A DNA stretch of 64,000 nucleotides from Oxalobacteraceae bacterium (GTDB lineage Bacteria; Pseudomonadota; Gammaproteobacteria; Burkholderiales; Burkholderiaceae_D), in contig JAIZVZ010000008.1 of the NCBI GenBank assembly GCA_021768485.1, positions 8,736-72,735 of the forward strand. Reading direction: 5' to 3'. Shown here piece by piece: positions 22,153 through 31,481 of the stretch. How positions within the stretch are numbered: the first letter of the stretch is position 1; each line of letters opens with the position of its first letter. Under the pieces are notes generated by a model. It was not told the DNA's origin and searched no databases. It saw only the letters and a program-made list of their open reading frames with translations. Position numbers and translations under genes: made by a program.

Positions 22153-22256
22153 GGCCGACCCGCGTGGGCGCTTGCCCGGCTGCTGCCGGGCCGCCCGCAG
22201 CGCCGGTTCGAGCGCTTTTTGCCCCCTTTGCGGGGCATTTCATTTTTAATTTTTCA

Positions 22257-23054
22257 ATGTCTAAAAAATCCGTCTTTCCTTCGGCCCAGGCCGGCGCCGA
22301 GACTGCGCCGACGGCAGATTGCGCGTTTCCTGTCGCTACCACGACCGAAGATGATGGCGTGCGTTTCCTGCATCTGGGCACACCCTGGGTGCAGGGGGCG
22401 ATGCGTCTGCGCAAACCGGACGCCATCGAACTCGAATATGTGCGCATGATGATGATGTGGCTGCTGTTCAAGGACAAGCCGCGGCACGTGGCGCAGCTGG
22501 GCCTTGGCAGTGCCGCGCTGACAAAATTCTGCCATCGCTATCTGCCCGAGACGCGCGTGACGGCCATCGAACTCAATCCCAACGTGATCGCGGTCTGCCG
22601 CGCGCAGTTTGCCTTGCCGGCCGACGATGAGCGCTTGCAGGTGCGCCAGATGAATGCGCTCGACTTCGTGCTGGACCCGGCCAATCACGGCACGCTCGAT
22701 ATCTTGCAAGTCGATTTATACGACGAAGAGGCGCGCGGGCCGGTGCTCGATACGCCGGAGTTTTATCAGGCCTGCGCCGACTGCCTGACGGCCGACGGCA
22801 TGCTGACGATTAATGTCTTCGGCGACTTTGCCAATTATGACAAGAATTTCCTGGCCATCGAACAGGCTTTCGACGCACTGGCCTGGCTGCCGGAGGTGCA
22901 TGACGCCAATGTGGTCGGGATCGCTTTCAAGCAGGCGCCGCAGGTCGACTTTGAGGTGCTGTTTGCGCGCGCCGCCGCCATCAAGAGCTCGCTCAACTTG
23001 CCGGCCCGCGCGTGGGTGATCGGCTTGAAGAAGTGGATGCGGGATCAGCAATAA
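22257..23054 (+). CDS. spermidine synthase-like methyltransferase-fold protein
   Basis: LGLGSAALTKF, VTAIELNPNVI and ILQVDLYD look like the spermine/spermidine synthase fold. I chose the internal ATG at 22257. Confidence 0.65.
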   Translation: MSKKSVFPSAQAGAETAPTADCAFPVATTTEDDGVRFLHLGTPWVQGAMRLRKPDAIELEYVRMMMMWLLFKDKPRHVAQLGLGSAALTKFCHRYLPETRVTAIELNPNVIAVCRAQFALPADDERLQVRQMNALDFVLDPANHGTLDILQVDLYDEEARGPVLDTPEFYQACADCLTADGMLTINVFGDFANYDKNFLAIEQAFDALAWLPEVHDANVVGIAFKQAPQVDFEVLFARAAAIKSSLNLPARAWVIGLKKWMRDQQ

Positions 23055-23072
23055 GGGCGGGCCGACAAATGG

Positions 23073-24074
23073 TCAGCCGTGGCCGACCAGTGCCGCCATA
23101 TCGTATCCCTTCAAGAACTCGGCGGCCGGCAAACGCTTGCCGCCCGGTTTTTGCAATTCGAGCAGGCGCAACGCCCCGCCGGCGCAGGCGACGATGACGC
23201 CGAACTCGCTGTCGGCGGCGATCAGCTCGCCCGGCAGCGCGCTAACGTCGCACGGCACCACTTCGGCGCGCCAGATCTTGATCGGCACGCCGTTGAACAC
23301 GGCATTGGCGCCGGGGAAGGGATTGAAGGCGCGCACCTTGCGCTCCAGGACCGGCGCCGCCAGCGACCAGTCGAGCGCCGCTTCTTCCTTGCCGATCTTG
23401 GCGGCGTAGGTCACGCCGGCCGCCGGTTGCGCCGTCGCCGGCAAGTCGCCATGCCGCAGTTGCTGCAGTTGCTGCATGGCGCGCACGATCAGCGTGCTGC
23501 CCAGTGCCGCCAGCTTGTCGTGCAGGCTGGCGGTGGTATCGTCGGCCGCGATCGGCAGTGCCTCTTCGAGCAGCATGGCGCCGGTGTCGAGGCCTTCATC
23601 CATGCGCATGATGGTGACCCCGGTTTGCGCATCGCCGGCCTCGATGGCGCGATGGATCGGCGCCGCCCCGCGCCAGCGCGGCAGGAGCGAGCCATGGATG
23701 TTGAAGCAGCCGCGCGCCGGCATCTCGAGCACCGCGCGCGGCAGAATCAGGCCGTAGGCGGCCACCACCATGGCGTCGTGCGGCGTGGCCAGCAGGCGGG
23801 CGTGGGCCTCCTGCGCCTGGCGCGCGCGCTCCGGGTCCTTGCTGTCGGTGCGCAGCGAGAGCGGCTGCAAGACCGGCATGCCGTGCGCCAGCGCGTACTG
23901 CTTGACGGCCGAGGCGTGCAATTGCAGGCCGCGGCCGGCGGGCCGGTCGGGCTGGGTCAGCACCAGCGGGATCTCGAAACCGGCTTCGTGCAGCGCCTTC
24001 AGGGCGACGGCGGCAAATTCGGGCGTGCCGGCAAAAATGATTTTCAATGGTGTCTGCAATGCTGCGCTGGTCAT
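23073..24074 (-). CDS. fmt: methionyl-tRNA formyltransferase
   Basis: 333 aa. [36 protein letters not shown]. Confidence 0.93.
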   Translation of the reverse strand: MTSAALQTPLKIIFAGTPEFAAVALKALHEAGFEIPLVLTQPDRPAGRGLQLHASAVKQYALAHGMPVLQPLSLRTDSKDPERARQAQEAHARLLATPHDAMVVAAYGLILPRAVLEMPARGCFNIHGSLLPRWRGAAPIHRAIEAGDAQTGVTIMRMDEGLDTGAMLLEEALPIAADDTTASLHDKLAALGSTLIVRAMQQLQQLRHGDLPATAQPAAGVTYAAKIGKEEAALDWSLAAPVLERKVRAFNPFPGANAVFNGVPIKIWRAEVVPCDVSALPGELIAADSEFGVIVACAGGALRLLELQKPGGKRLPAAEFLKGYDMAALVGHG

Positions 24075-24082
24075 GAGGCGCC

Positions 24083-24631
24083 TTATCGTTTGCGGCGTGG
24101 ATAGCCGCTGTTACCTTGCAATTCGCGCTCGAGCTCGCGTTCTTCCTTGAGCATCTTGGCCTTGATCCTGTTGCGCTTGAGCGGCGACAGGTATTCGACA
24201 AAAATCTTGCCGCGCAAATGATCGATTTCGTGCTGGATGCAAACGGCCAGCAAGCCGTCGGCCTCGAGTTCGAAGCGCTTGCCGTCGAGGTCGAGGGCGG
24301 CGACCTTGACCCGCGCCGGGCGCTCGACATTATCGTAAATGCCCGGTACCGACAGGCAGCCCTCGTCGTAGACTTCTTTTTCGTCGCTGGCCCAAAGAAT
24401 CTCGGGATTGATAAACACGCGCAAATTATCGTGCGTCTCGGACGTGTCGATGATGAGCAATTGTTCGTGGACATCGACTTGCGGCGCCGCCAGGCCGACC
24501 CCGGGCGCGTCGTACATGGTGTCGGCCATGTCGGCAACCAGTTGTCGCAAGCGCGCATCGAAGACGGTGACCGGTTTGGCCACTTTGTTCAGTCGAGCAT
24601 CGGGATAACGCAATATTGGTAATAAAGACAT
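24083..24631 (-). CDS. def: peptide deformylase
   Basis: 182 aa. [24 protein letters not shown]. Confidence 0.95.
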   Translation of the reverse strand: MSLLPILRYPDARLNKVAKPVTVFDARLRQLVADMADTMYDAPGVGLAAPQVDVHEQLLIIDTSETHDNLRVFINPEILWASDEKEVYDEGCLSVPGIYDNVERPARVKVAALDLDGKRFELEADGLLAVCIQHEIDHLRGKIFVEYLSPLKRNRIKAKMLKEERELERELQGNSGYPRRKR

Positions 24632-24917
24632 AAATAGCTACAAAAACAATCGGGAAAATAAAAACCGGGAGTCAGGCGGTGCAAAACGGCAGGCCTTGCC
24701 ATCGTGCCCGCGCATTTTTCTTGCCGTGCGGCGGTTTAATCGGCAAAATTTAGTGCTACATTGCAAGTTTATGGCACGCAGCAAGGTCGTGCGCGCCGGG
24801 CGTGGTCGGTGGACCACACTATTTATCGCTGATTTGTCGAATTTCGTGCCGTGCGCCAAAACCTCGTGCCACACTGACGAGCAGATCGCTTGCAGCATTG
24901 CCCTCATCGGAAACAAC

Positions 24918-26048
24918 ATGAAAAATTTTAGCACAGTTGGCCGGGTTTTATCAGTAGCTGCGAGCCTGGCCTGCCTTGGCATGCCGCAGGCGAAGGCGCA
25001 ACAGGGCCGGCTTGCCAGCGAAATCGTCAGCCCGGCCCGCATGGCCGGGGTCAAGGCCGCGTGCCAGTTCCGCGCCGATGCGCCGGACCAGCATGCCGTC
25101 GTGCGCGGCGATACCTTGTGGGGTATTGCCGGCATGTTTTTGCAATATCCGTGGTGCTGGCCCGAGGTGTGGGGCTTGAACCGCGATCAAATTGCCAATC
25201 CGCACTGGATCTATCCGGGCCAGATCGTCTATTTCGATCGCGCCGCCGGCCGCTTGCGGCTCGGCACCCCGCTGGCCGAGCACGCTTCCGACATGCGCCT
25301 GGCGCCGCAAGTGCGGACTGAGGCGCTGGGCGCCGATGCCGTGCCCAGCATAAACAGCGCGGCCATCGAGCCGTGGCTGACGCAAGCGCTGATAATCGAG
25401 GAAGAACAATTGCGGGATGCGCCGCGCATTGTGGCAATTCAGGAAAACCGGGTCTATGTCGGCAGGGGCGATACCGCTTATGTTCGCGGTAATCTGCATG
25501 CCGATACCTTGTTCCAGGTGTTTCGTCCCGGCAAGCCGCTGACCGATCCGATGAGCGGCAATGTCGTCGCTTATGAGGCGGTCCATCTCGGCACGGCCAA
25601 ATTGACGCGGGCCGGCGCCGACGTGCAGACTGTCGTCATCGTCAATGCCAAGGAAGAAATCGGCGTCGGCGACCAGCTGTTGGCGATGCCGGCGCGCCCG
25701 CTGGTGAACTATGTGCCGCATCGGCCGTGGCGGCAGGTCGAGGCGGCCGTCATGTCGATCTACGGCGGGGTTGCCTATGCCGGGCAAAACCAGATCGTGA
25801 CCGTCAACCGCGGCCATGACGAGGGACTCGATACCGGCGCCGTGCTCAATCTGTACCGGCGCGGCGAGCAGATCGCCGATAAAACCGTGCAGACAGCCTG
25901 GTACCGCAGCGCGCCGATGGCCAGGTTGCCTGATGAGCAATATGGCAATTTGTTCATTTTCCGGGTTTTCCGCCATGTCTCCTACGGTCTCGTGATGCAG
26001 GTGCGCGACGCCGTGCAGGTCGGCGACGGCGCCCAATCGCCGCAATGA
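24918..26048 (+). CDS. LysM domain-containing periplasmic protein
   Basis: Signal peptide MKNFSTVGRVLSVAASLACLGMPQAKA and LysM-like HAVVRGDTLWGIAGMFLQYPWCWPEVW. It is divergent from def, as in other proteobacteria. Confidence 0.75.
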   Translation: MKNFSTVGRVLSVAASLACLGMPQAKAQQGRLASEIVSPARMAGVKAACQFRADAPDQHAVVRGDTLWGIAGMFLQYPWCWPEVWGLNRDQIANPHWIYPGQIVYFDRAAGRLRLGTPLAEHASDMRLAPQVRTEALGADAVPSINSAAIEPWLTQALIIEEEQLRDAPRIVAIQENRVYVGRGDTAYVRGNLHADTLFQVFRPGKPLTDPMSGNVVAYEAVHLGTAKLTRAGADVQTVVIVNAKEEIGVGDQLLAMPARPLVNYVPHRPWRQVEAAVMSIYGGVAYAGQNQIVTVNRGHDEGLDTGAVLNLYRRGEQIADKTVQTAWYRSAPMARLPDEQYGNLFIFRVFRHVSYGLVMQVRDAVQVGDGAQSPQ

Positions 26049-26049
26049 A

Positions 26050-27276
26050 ATGGCAGCCGCGCCCACGCCCGAGCGGAGCGCTGCGCCAGCGATAGCTTCG
26101 CGCGAACTCGAGGGCTGGTTGCGGCTGCAGCAGACGCCGGGCGTCGGCCCGGTTCTGGCGCGTAAATTATTGCGCGCATTCGGTTTGCCGCAGCAAATTT
26201 TTGCGGCCACCTTGCCGGCCTTGCAGGCCGTGCTGCCGGCGCAGCTGGCCGAGGCGTTGCGGGCGCCGCCGTCGCCGGCGATGCGGCAATTGCTTGCCCT
26301 TACGCGAGAATGGCTGGCCGAGCCCGGCAATACGCTGCTGACGCTGGCCGACGCCGCTTATCCTGCCGCCCTGTTATCGATTCCCGATCCTCCTCTATTG
26401 CTGTATATCAAAGGCCGCGTTGAATTACTGGCACGGCCAGCGCTGGCCATCGTCGGCAGCCGCCATGCCAGCGCCCAAGGCATGCAAAATGCCGAGGATT
26501 TCGCCGCGGCCTTGAGCGCGGCCGGCCTGACCATTGTGTCGGGACTGGCGCAGGGCATCGATGCCGGCGCGCATCTCGGCGCCTTGCGCCATGCCGCCGG
26601 CGCGTCGACGATTGCCGTCATCGGCACCGGTTGCGACCGGGTTTATCCGGCCAGCAATCGCGGCCTGGCGCAGCGCATTGCCGAACACGGCTGCATCATG
26701 TCCGAATATGCGCTTGGCACGGGGCCGGTCGCCGCCAATTTCCCGCGCCGCAATCGCCTCATTTCGGGTTTGGCGCGCGCGGTTCTGGTAATCGAGGCGG
26801 CGGCCCGATCGGGTTCGCTGATTACGGCCCGCATGGCCGCCGAGCAAGGCCGTGACGTGTTCGCCATTCCCGGCTCGATCCATGCGCCCCTGGCCAAGGG
26901 TTGCCATCATTTGATCAAGGAAGGGGCAAAACTGGTCGAGTCGGTCGACGATATCTTGCAAGAATTGAATTTTGTGCCACGGCATATCGATGCCGATGCC
27001 GATGCCGATGCCGATGCCGATGCTGATGCTGATGCTGATGCTGATGCCGATAGCCGCGCCGCGGGCGGGCCTGGTGCGGCCGCCAGCGAGGCTGCGGCGG
27101 CGTTCGAATCGCAGGTGCTGGCGCTGATGGGCTTCGAGCCGGTCGACTTCGATACGCTGGCGCTGCGTGTGCAGTTGCCGGCGGCGGCGCTGGGCGCGGT
27201 CCTGTTGACGCTCGAGTTGCATGGCCGTGTCGAGCGCCTGGCCGGCGGCCATTATCGGCGCCTGAATGGCGGCTAA
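26050..27276 (+). CDS. dprA: DNA-processing protein DprA (Smf)
   Basis: ALAIVGSRHAS, GLAQGIDAGAH, FPRRNRLISGL, SGSLITAR. It contains an internal (Asp-Ala)10 tract. Confidence 0.9.
   Translation: MAAAPTPERSAAPAIASRELEGWLRLQQTPGVGPVLARKLLRAFGLPQQIFAATLPALQAVLPAQLAEALRAPPSPAMRQLLALTREWLAEPGNTLLTLADAAYPAALLSIPDPPLLLYIKGRVELLARPALAIVGSRHASAQGMQNAEDFAAALSAAGLTIVSGLAQGIDAGAHLGALRHAAGASTIAVIGTGCDRVYPASNRGLAQRIAEHGCIMSEYALGTGPVAANFPRRNRLISGLARAVLVIEAAARSGSLITARMAAEQGRDVFAIPGSIHAPLAKGCHHLIKEGAKLVESVDDILQELNFVPRHIDADADADADADADADADADADSRAAGGPGAAASEAAAAFESQVLALMGFEPVDFDTLALRVQLPAAALGAVLLTLELHGRVERLAGGHYRRLNGG
26989..27051 (+). repeat. in-frame hexanucleotide microsatellite (GATGCC)5(GATGCT)4(GATGCC)1 GAT inside dprA
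   Basis: Read directly. It encodes DADADADADADADADADADAD. Confidence 0.95.
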
Positions 27277-27473
27277 TCGGGGCCCCAGTCATGGATCAGA
27301 GCGGGCCGCAGGAGCGCGCGTGAAATTGAAAAATAGCAAAAAAACAGGAAAAACCCTGGCAAATTGCTCTGAATTACGGTGTTTTTCGGTATTTTTAGCC
27401 AAAGTCAATTTTTTGAGTTAACTCATGCTCATTGCGCTTGTGCGGCGATGGCCTTAGCTGATAAAGTAGCGCC

Positions 27474-27950
27474 ATGTTCGATATCCTAGTCTATCTCTAC
27501 GAGACGTATTACCGCCCCGATGCCTGTCCGGAACCGGTCGCATTGGCGCAAAAGCTGTCGGATGTCGGCTTTGAGGAAGACGATATCTCCGACGCGCTGG
27601 ACTGGCTGAACGACCTCAGCACGATGACGCAAGACAGCCGTGCACTCGAGGCGGCCCCCGATGAAGCCTCGACCGGCTTGCGTTTTTATATCTCCGAAGA
27701 ACTCGACGAACTGGGCATGGCCGCCATCGGATTCATCCAGTTTCTCGAAAGCGCCAAAGTCATCAATTCCCTGCAACGCGAAATCGTGATCGAACGCGCA
27801 CTGGCCGTCAACGAATCGCCGATCTCGCTCGGCAAGCTGAAAGTCATCGTCTTGATGATGCTCTGGAGTCAGGGCAAGGAACCCGATGCGCTGATGTTCG
27901 ACGACCTGTTTTCGATCGACGAAGAAGCAACTCCGCGCCTGCTGCACTGA
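27474..27950 (+). CDS. smg: Smg protein (DUF494)
   Basis: [12 protein letters not shown]... and its position after dprA. Confidence 0.85.
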   Translation: MFDILVYLYETYYRPDACPEPVALAQKLSDVGFEEDDISDALDWLNDLSTMTQDSRALEAAPDEASTGLRFYISEELDELGMAAIGFIQFLESAKVINSLQREIVIERALAVNESPISLGKLKVIVLMMLWSQGKEPDALMFDDLFSIDEEATPRLLH

Positions 27951-28490
27951 GTCCGCCAGGCGCCCGCCGGCAAGAGAGCCGGGCGCAGGCCATCCGCCCT
28001 GCTTTTTTTTGCTTCCCCCTGGCCGGCCATGATTGCGGCCCCATATTGTGTTCATTGCGTGCGGGCGGCATCGACGCCTGAAACGCCGTTTTCCCTGTGG
28101 TTTCAGGTGCTTGGCGACATTGGACGATGCGCCGCGGTCGCAGGATCGGCCTCGTCACGCCCCATTTTGGGGCGTATTCATGCGGCAAATGCATGCTCAG
28201 CGGGCAGGCGGATCGCAAATTGCCCGTTGACGCAATAATCACAATCCAATACAGTCGCGTCATCAGCGATCTGAATTCATGTTGCTCAAAATGCAAGCAT
28301 ACGATGTCAGCCTCGCTTTGGCCTGCGCACTTGCCCAATCGGCTGCATCGCGCTTATCATTGGCCGCAAATTACGAAATTCATCCTAATTTGATAGCGGG
28401 GCGAGCGGGAGCAGGCATTTGCGCTGTACTATGCACGCTATTTCCGAATTCTGATTATTTGCTATATGGCAATTGTCGCTGGCATGCTGA

Positions 28491-28555
28491 TTGGCATTCA
28501 TTGACATTAAATTGGCATTGAGTTGGCATTGAGTTGGCATTGAATTGGCACTATT
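28491..28555 (+). repeat. 11-nt tandem array TTGGCATTGAG, about 6 units, upstream of the topoisomerase gene
   Basis: ttggcattcat / tgacattaaa / ttggcattgag / ttggcattgag / ttggcattgaa / ttggcactatt. Confidence 0.9.
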
Positions 28556-28573
28556 AACTGCTTCACGCATACT
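28545..28573 (+). promoter_or_regulatory. candidate sigma-70 promoter of the topoisomerase gene; the -35 element is the last repeat unit
   Basis: TTGGCA (28545-28550), 17-nt spacer, CATACT (28568-28573). The ATG is at 28610. Confidence 0.3.
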
Positions 28574-28609
28574 GAGACCTAGAAGCCCTGTATTTATTGA
28601 GATGAAAAT

Positions 28610-31351
28610 ATGACGAAAACCCTCATCATCGCCGAAAAGCCCTCTGTCGCGAATGACATCGCGAAAACGCTGGGCGGCTTTACCAAGCACGATGAGTACT
28701 TTGAATCCGACGAATACGTGTTGTCGTCGGCAGTCGGTCATTTGCTCGAAATTGCCGTACCTGAAGAGCATGACGTCAAGCGCGGCAAATGGAGTTTTGC
28801 ACATTTGCCAATGATCCCCCCTTATTTTGCCCTCAATCCGATCGCCAAGACCGAGGCCCGGCTGAAAGTATTGAATCGTCTGATCAAGCGCAAAGATGTC
28901 ACCACCATCATCAATGCCTGCGATGCCGGGCGCGAAGGCGAGCTGATTTTCCGCCTGATCGTGCAAAATGCCAAGGTCAAGCAACCGGTCAAGCGCCTGT
29001 GGCTGCAATCGATGACGCCGGCCTCGATCCGCGATGGCTTCATGCATTTGCGTACCGACGAAGAAATGTTGCCGCTGGCCGATGCCGCGCGCTGCCGTTC
29101 CGAAGCCGACTGGCTGATCGGGATCAACGGCACCCGGGCGATGACGGCGTTTAACTCGAAAGAGGGCGGTTTTTACCTGACGACGGTGGGCCGGGTGCAA
29201 ACGCCGACGCTGTCGATCGTGGTCGAGCGTGAAGAAAAGATCAAGAAATTCGTGCCGCGCGACTTCTGGGAAGTGCGCGCCGAATTTGTCTGCGCGGCCG
29301 GCATCTATGAAGGCCGCTGGCTCGACAGCAACTTCAAGAAGGATGAAAGCGATCCCGAAAAACGCGCCGAACGCCTGTGGAGCCGCGCCGCCGCCGATTC
29401 CATCGTGGCCGCCTGCCGCGGCCGCATCGGCAACGTCACCGAAGAGTCGAAACCGACCACCTCGATGGCGCCGGCGCTGTTCGACCTGACCAGCCTGCAG
29501 CGCGAAGCGAACTCGCGTTTCGGCTTTTCGGCCAAAAACACCTTGGGCCTGGCGCAAGCGCTATATGAAAAGCACAAGGTCTTGACCTATCCGCGTACCG
29601 ATTCGCGCCATTTGCCGGAAGACTATCTGGCGACCGTCAAGGAAGCGCTCGGCGTGGTTGCTGAAAACAATAATTACCATCAGTTCGCCAAGCAAATTCT
29701 CGACAAGGGCTGGGTCAAGCCGAACAAGCGTATTTTCGACAATACCAAGATTTCGGATCACTTTGCGATCATCCCGACCACCATCGCACCGAAAAACCTG
29801 TCCGAACCCGAACAAAAGCTGTACGACCTCGTCACCCGCCGTTTCATGTCGGTGTTTTTCCCGCCGGCCGAATTCCAGGTCACGACGCGCTTTACCGAAG
29901 TCTCGGGCCATCAGTTCAAGACTGAAGGCCGGGTCATGACGAATGCCGGCTGGCTGGCCATTTACGGCAAGGAAGCGGCGGCCGACGAAGCCAAGAATGA
30001 CGCCACGGCCGGCAATCTGGTGCCGGTGGCCAAGGGCGAAAAAGTCAAGACCGAGACCGTCAGCGCCAATGGCCTGGTGACCAAGCCGCCGGCGCGCTAC
30101 ACGGAAGCGACGCTGCTGTCGGCCATGGAAGGTGCCGGCAAGCTGATCGACGACGACGAATTGCGCGACGCCATGGCCGGCAAGGGCCTGGGCACGCCGG
30201 CCACGCGGGCGGCCACCATCGAAGGCTTGCTGACCGAACGCTATCTGCTGCGCGAAGGGCGCGAACTGATTCCGACTGCCAAGGCGTTCCAGCTGATGAC
30301 TTTGCTGCGCGGCCTCGGCGTCAATGAATTGACGGCGCCGGAATTGACGGGCGAGTGGGAATACAAGCTGTCGCAAATGGAAAAGGGCAAGATCTCGCGC
30401 GAAGAATTCATGCGCGAAATTGCGCAAATGACGCAAATCATCGTCAAGCGTGCCAAGGAATACGATAACGCCACCATTCCCGGCGACTATGCGACGCTGA
30501 CGACGCCCTGTCCGAATTGCGGCGGCGTGGTCAAGGAAAACTACCGCCGGTTTGCCTGCAGCAAGTGTGAATTTAACATGAGCAAGACGCCGGGCAGCCG
30601 TCAGTTTGAAATTGCCGAAGTCGAAGACTTGCTGAAAAATCGCACCATCGGCCCGCTGCAAGGCTTCCGCTCGAAGATGGGCCGGCCGTTCGCCGCCATC
30701 TTGCGCATCGTGCGCGATGAAGAGATCAAGAATTGCAAACTCGAATTCGATTTCGGCCAGAACGACGATAGCGAGGATGCCGAACCGGTCGACTTTAGCG
30801 GCCAGACGGCGCTCGGCCCATGCCCGAAATGCCAGGGCGGCGTGTATGAAATGGGGCTGGCCTATGTGTGCGAACACAGCGTTGCCAAACCGAAGACATG
30901 CGATTTCCGCAGCGGCCGTATTATTTTGCAACAGGAAATTTTGCCTGAGCAAATGGCGAAGTTGCTCAACGATGGCAAGACTGATTTGTTGCCGGGGTTT
31001 ATTTCCCAACGTACGCGCCGGCCATTCAAGGCTTTCCTGGTCAAGGGCAAGGATGGCAAGGTCAGCTTCGAATTCGAAGAACGCAAGGCCAAGCTGCCAG
31101 CCAAGGGCAAGGCGGGCGCCAAGGCGGCTCCCGAGGCGGCCGCAGCGGTCGAGGCCGGCGACGGCGCAGAGGCCGCGTTGAGCGCGCCGAAGAAGGCGGC
31201 CGCCGCCAAGAAATCGCCGGTCAAGAAGGCGGCGGCCAAGACCGCGGTGCTCAAGCCGGCTGCAGCGGCGAAAAAGCCGGCAGTCAAAAAGGCGGCGGCC
31301 AAAAAGCCGGCCGTTAAAAAAACGGCAGTCAAGAAGGCGGAAGCGGCTTGA
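28610..31351 (+). CDS. type IA DNA topoisomerase with a topoisomerase III-like N-terminus, C-terminal zinc ribbons and a Lys/Ala/Pro-rich tail
   Basis: 913 aa. LIIAEKPSVANDIAKTLG and AVGHLLEI resemble TopB rather than TopA, and there are two CxxC...CxxC ribbons. Assignment to I versus III needs a profile search. Confidence 0.9.
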   Translation: MTKTLIIAEKPSVANDIAKTLGGFTKHDEYFESDEYVLSSAVGHLLEIAVPEEHDVKRGKWSFAHLPMIPPYFALNPIAKTEARLKVLNRLIKRKDVTTIINACDAGREGELIFRLIVQNAKVKQPVKRLWLQSMTPASIRDGFMHLRTDEEMLPLADAARCRSEADWLIGINGTRAMTAFNSKEGGFYLTTVGRVQTPTLSIVVEREEKIKKFVPRDFWEVRAEFVCAAGIYEGRWLDSNFKKDESDPEKRAERLWSRAAADSIVAACRGRIGNVTEESKPTTSMAPALFDLTSLQREANSRFGFSAKNTLGLAQALYEKHKVLTYPRTDSRHLPEDYLATVKEALGVVAENNNYHQFAKQILDKGWVKPNKRIFDNTKISDHFAIIPTTIAPKNLSEPEQKLYDLVTRRFMSVFFPPAEFQVTTRFTEVSGHQFKTEGRVMTNAGWLAIYGKEAAADEAKNDATAGNLVPVAKGEKVKTETVSANGLVTKPPARYTEATLLSAMEGAGKLIDDDELRDAMAGKGLGTPATRAATIEGLLTERYLLREGRELIPTAKAFQLMTLLRGLGVNELTAPELTGEWEYKLSQMEKGKISREEFMREIAQMTQIIVKRAKEYDNATIPGDYATLTTPCPNCGGVVKENYRRFACSKCEFNMSKTPGSRQFEIAEVEDLLKNRTIGPLQGFRSKMGRPFAAILRIVRDEEIKNCKLEFDFGQNDDSEDAEPVDFSGQTALGPCPKCQGGVYEMGLAYVCEHSVAKPKTCDFRSGRIILQQEILPEQMAKLLNDGKTDLLPGFISQRTRRPFKAFLVKGKDGKVSFEFEERKAKLPAKGKAGAKAAPEAAAAVEAGDGAEAALSAPKKAAAAKKSPVKKAAAKTAVLKPAAAAKKPAVKKAAAKKPAVKKTAVKKAEAA

Positions 31352-31370
31352 TGGTTTGATGGCCTGCCTC

Positions 31371-31414
31371 AAAACAAAAAAGCGTGCCACTTAAACGGCA
31401 CGCTTTTTTATTTT
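31371..31414. terminator. bidirectional rho-independent terminator between the topoisomerase gene (+) and the CDF gene (-)
   Basis: An A-run, then AGCGTGCC (31381-31388), loop ACTTAAAC, GGCACGCT (31397-31404), then TTTTTTATTTT. Confidence 0.7.
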
Positions 31415-31481
31415 CAGAATGGATTTTTTAGCGCTGCCGGCCGCGTTCGGCCAGCAGCAGGCGCGGTGCGCGTGGCTTGTT

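Noticed and set aside
28546-28561. Sigma-54 type promoter (TGGCAC...TGC) in the last repeat unit upstream of the topoisomerase gene
   Set aside because: The GG-to-GC spacing is one nt longer than the canonical -24/-12 distance, and the -12 element reads CTGCT rather than TTGCA. A sigma-70 reading fits better.
29561-31390. 609-aa ORF antisense to the topoisomerase gene
   Set aside because: The opposite strand encodes a full-length type IA topoisomerase with all its signatures. The antisense product is Arg/Leu/Gly-rich with no family resemblance.
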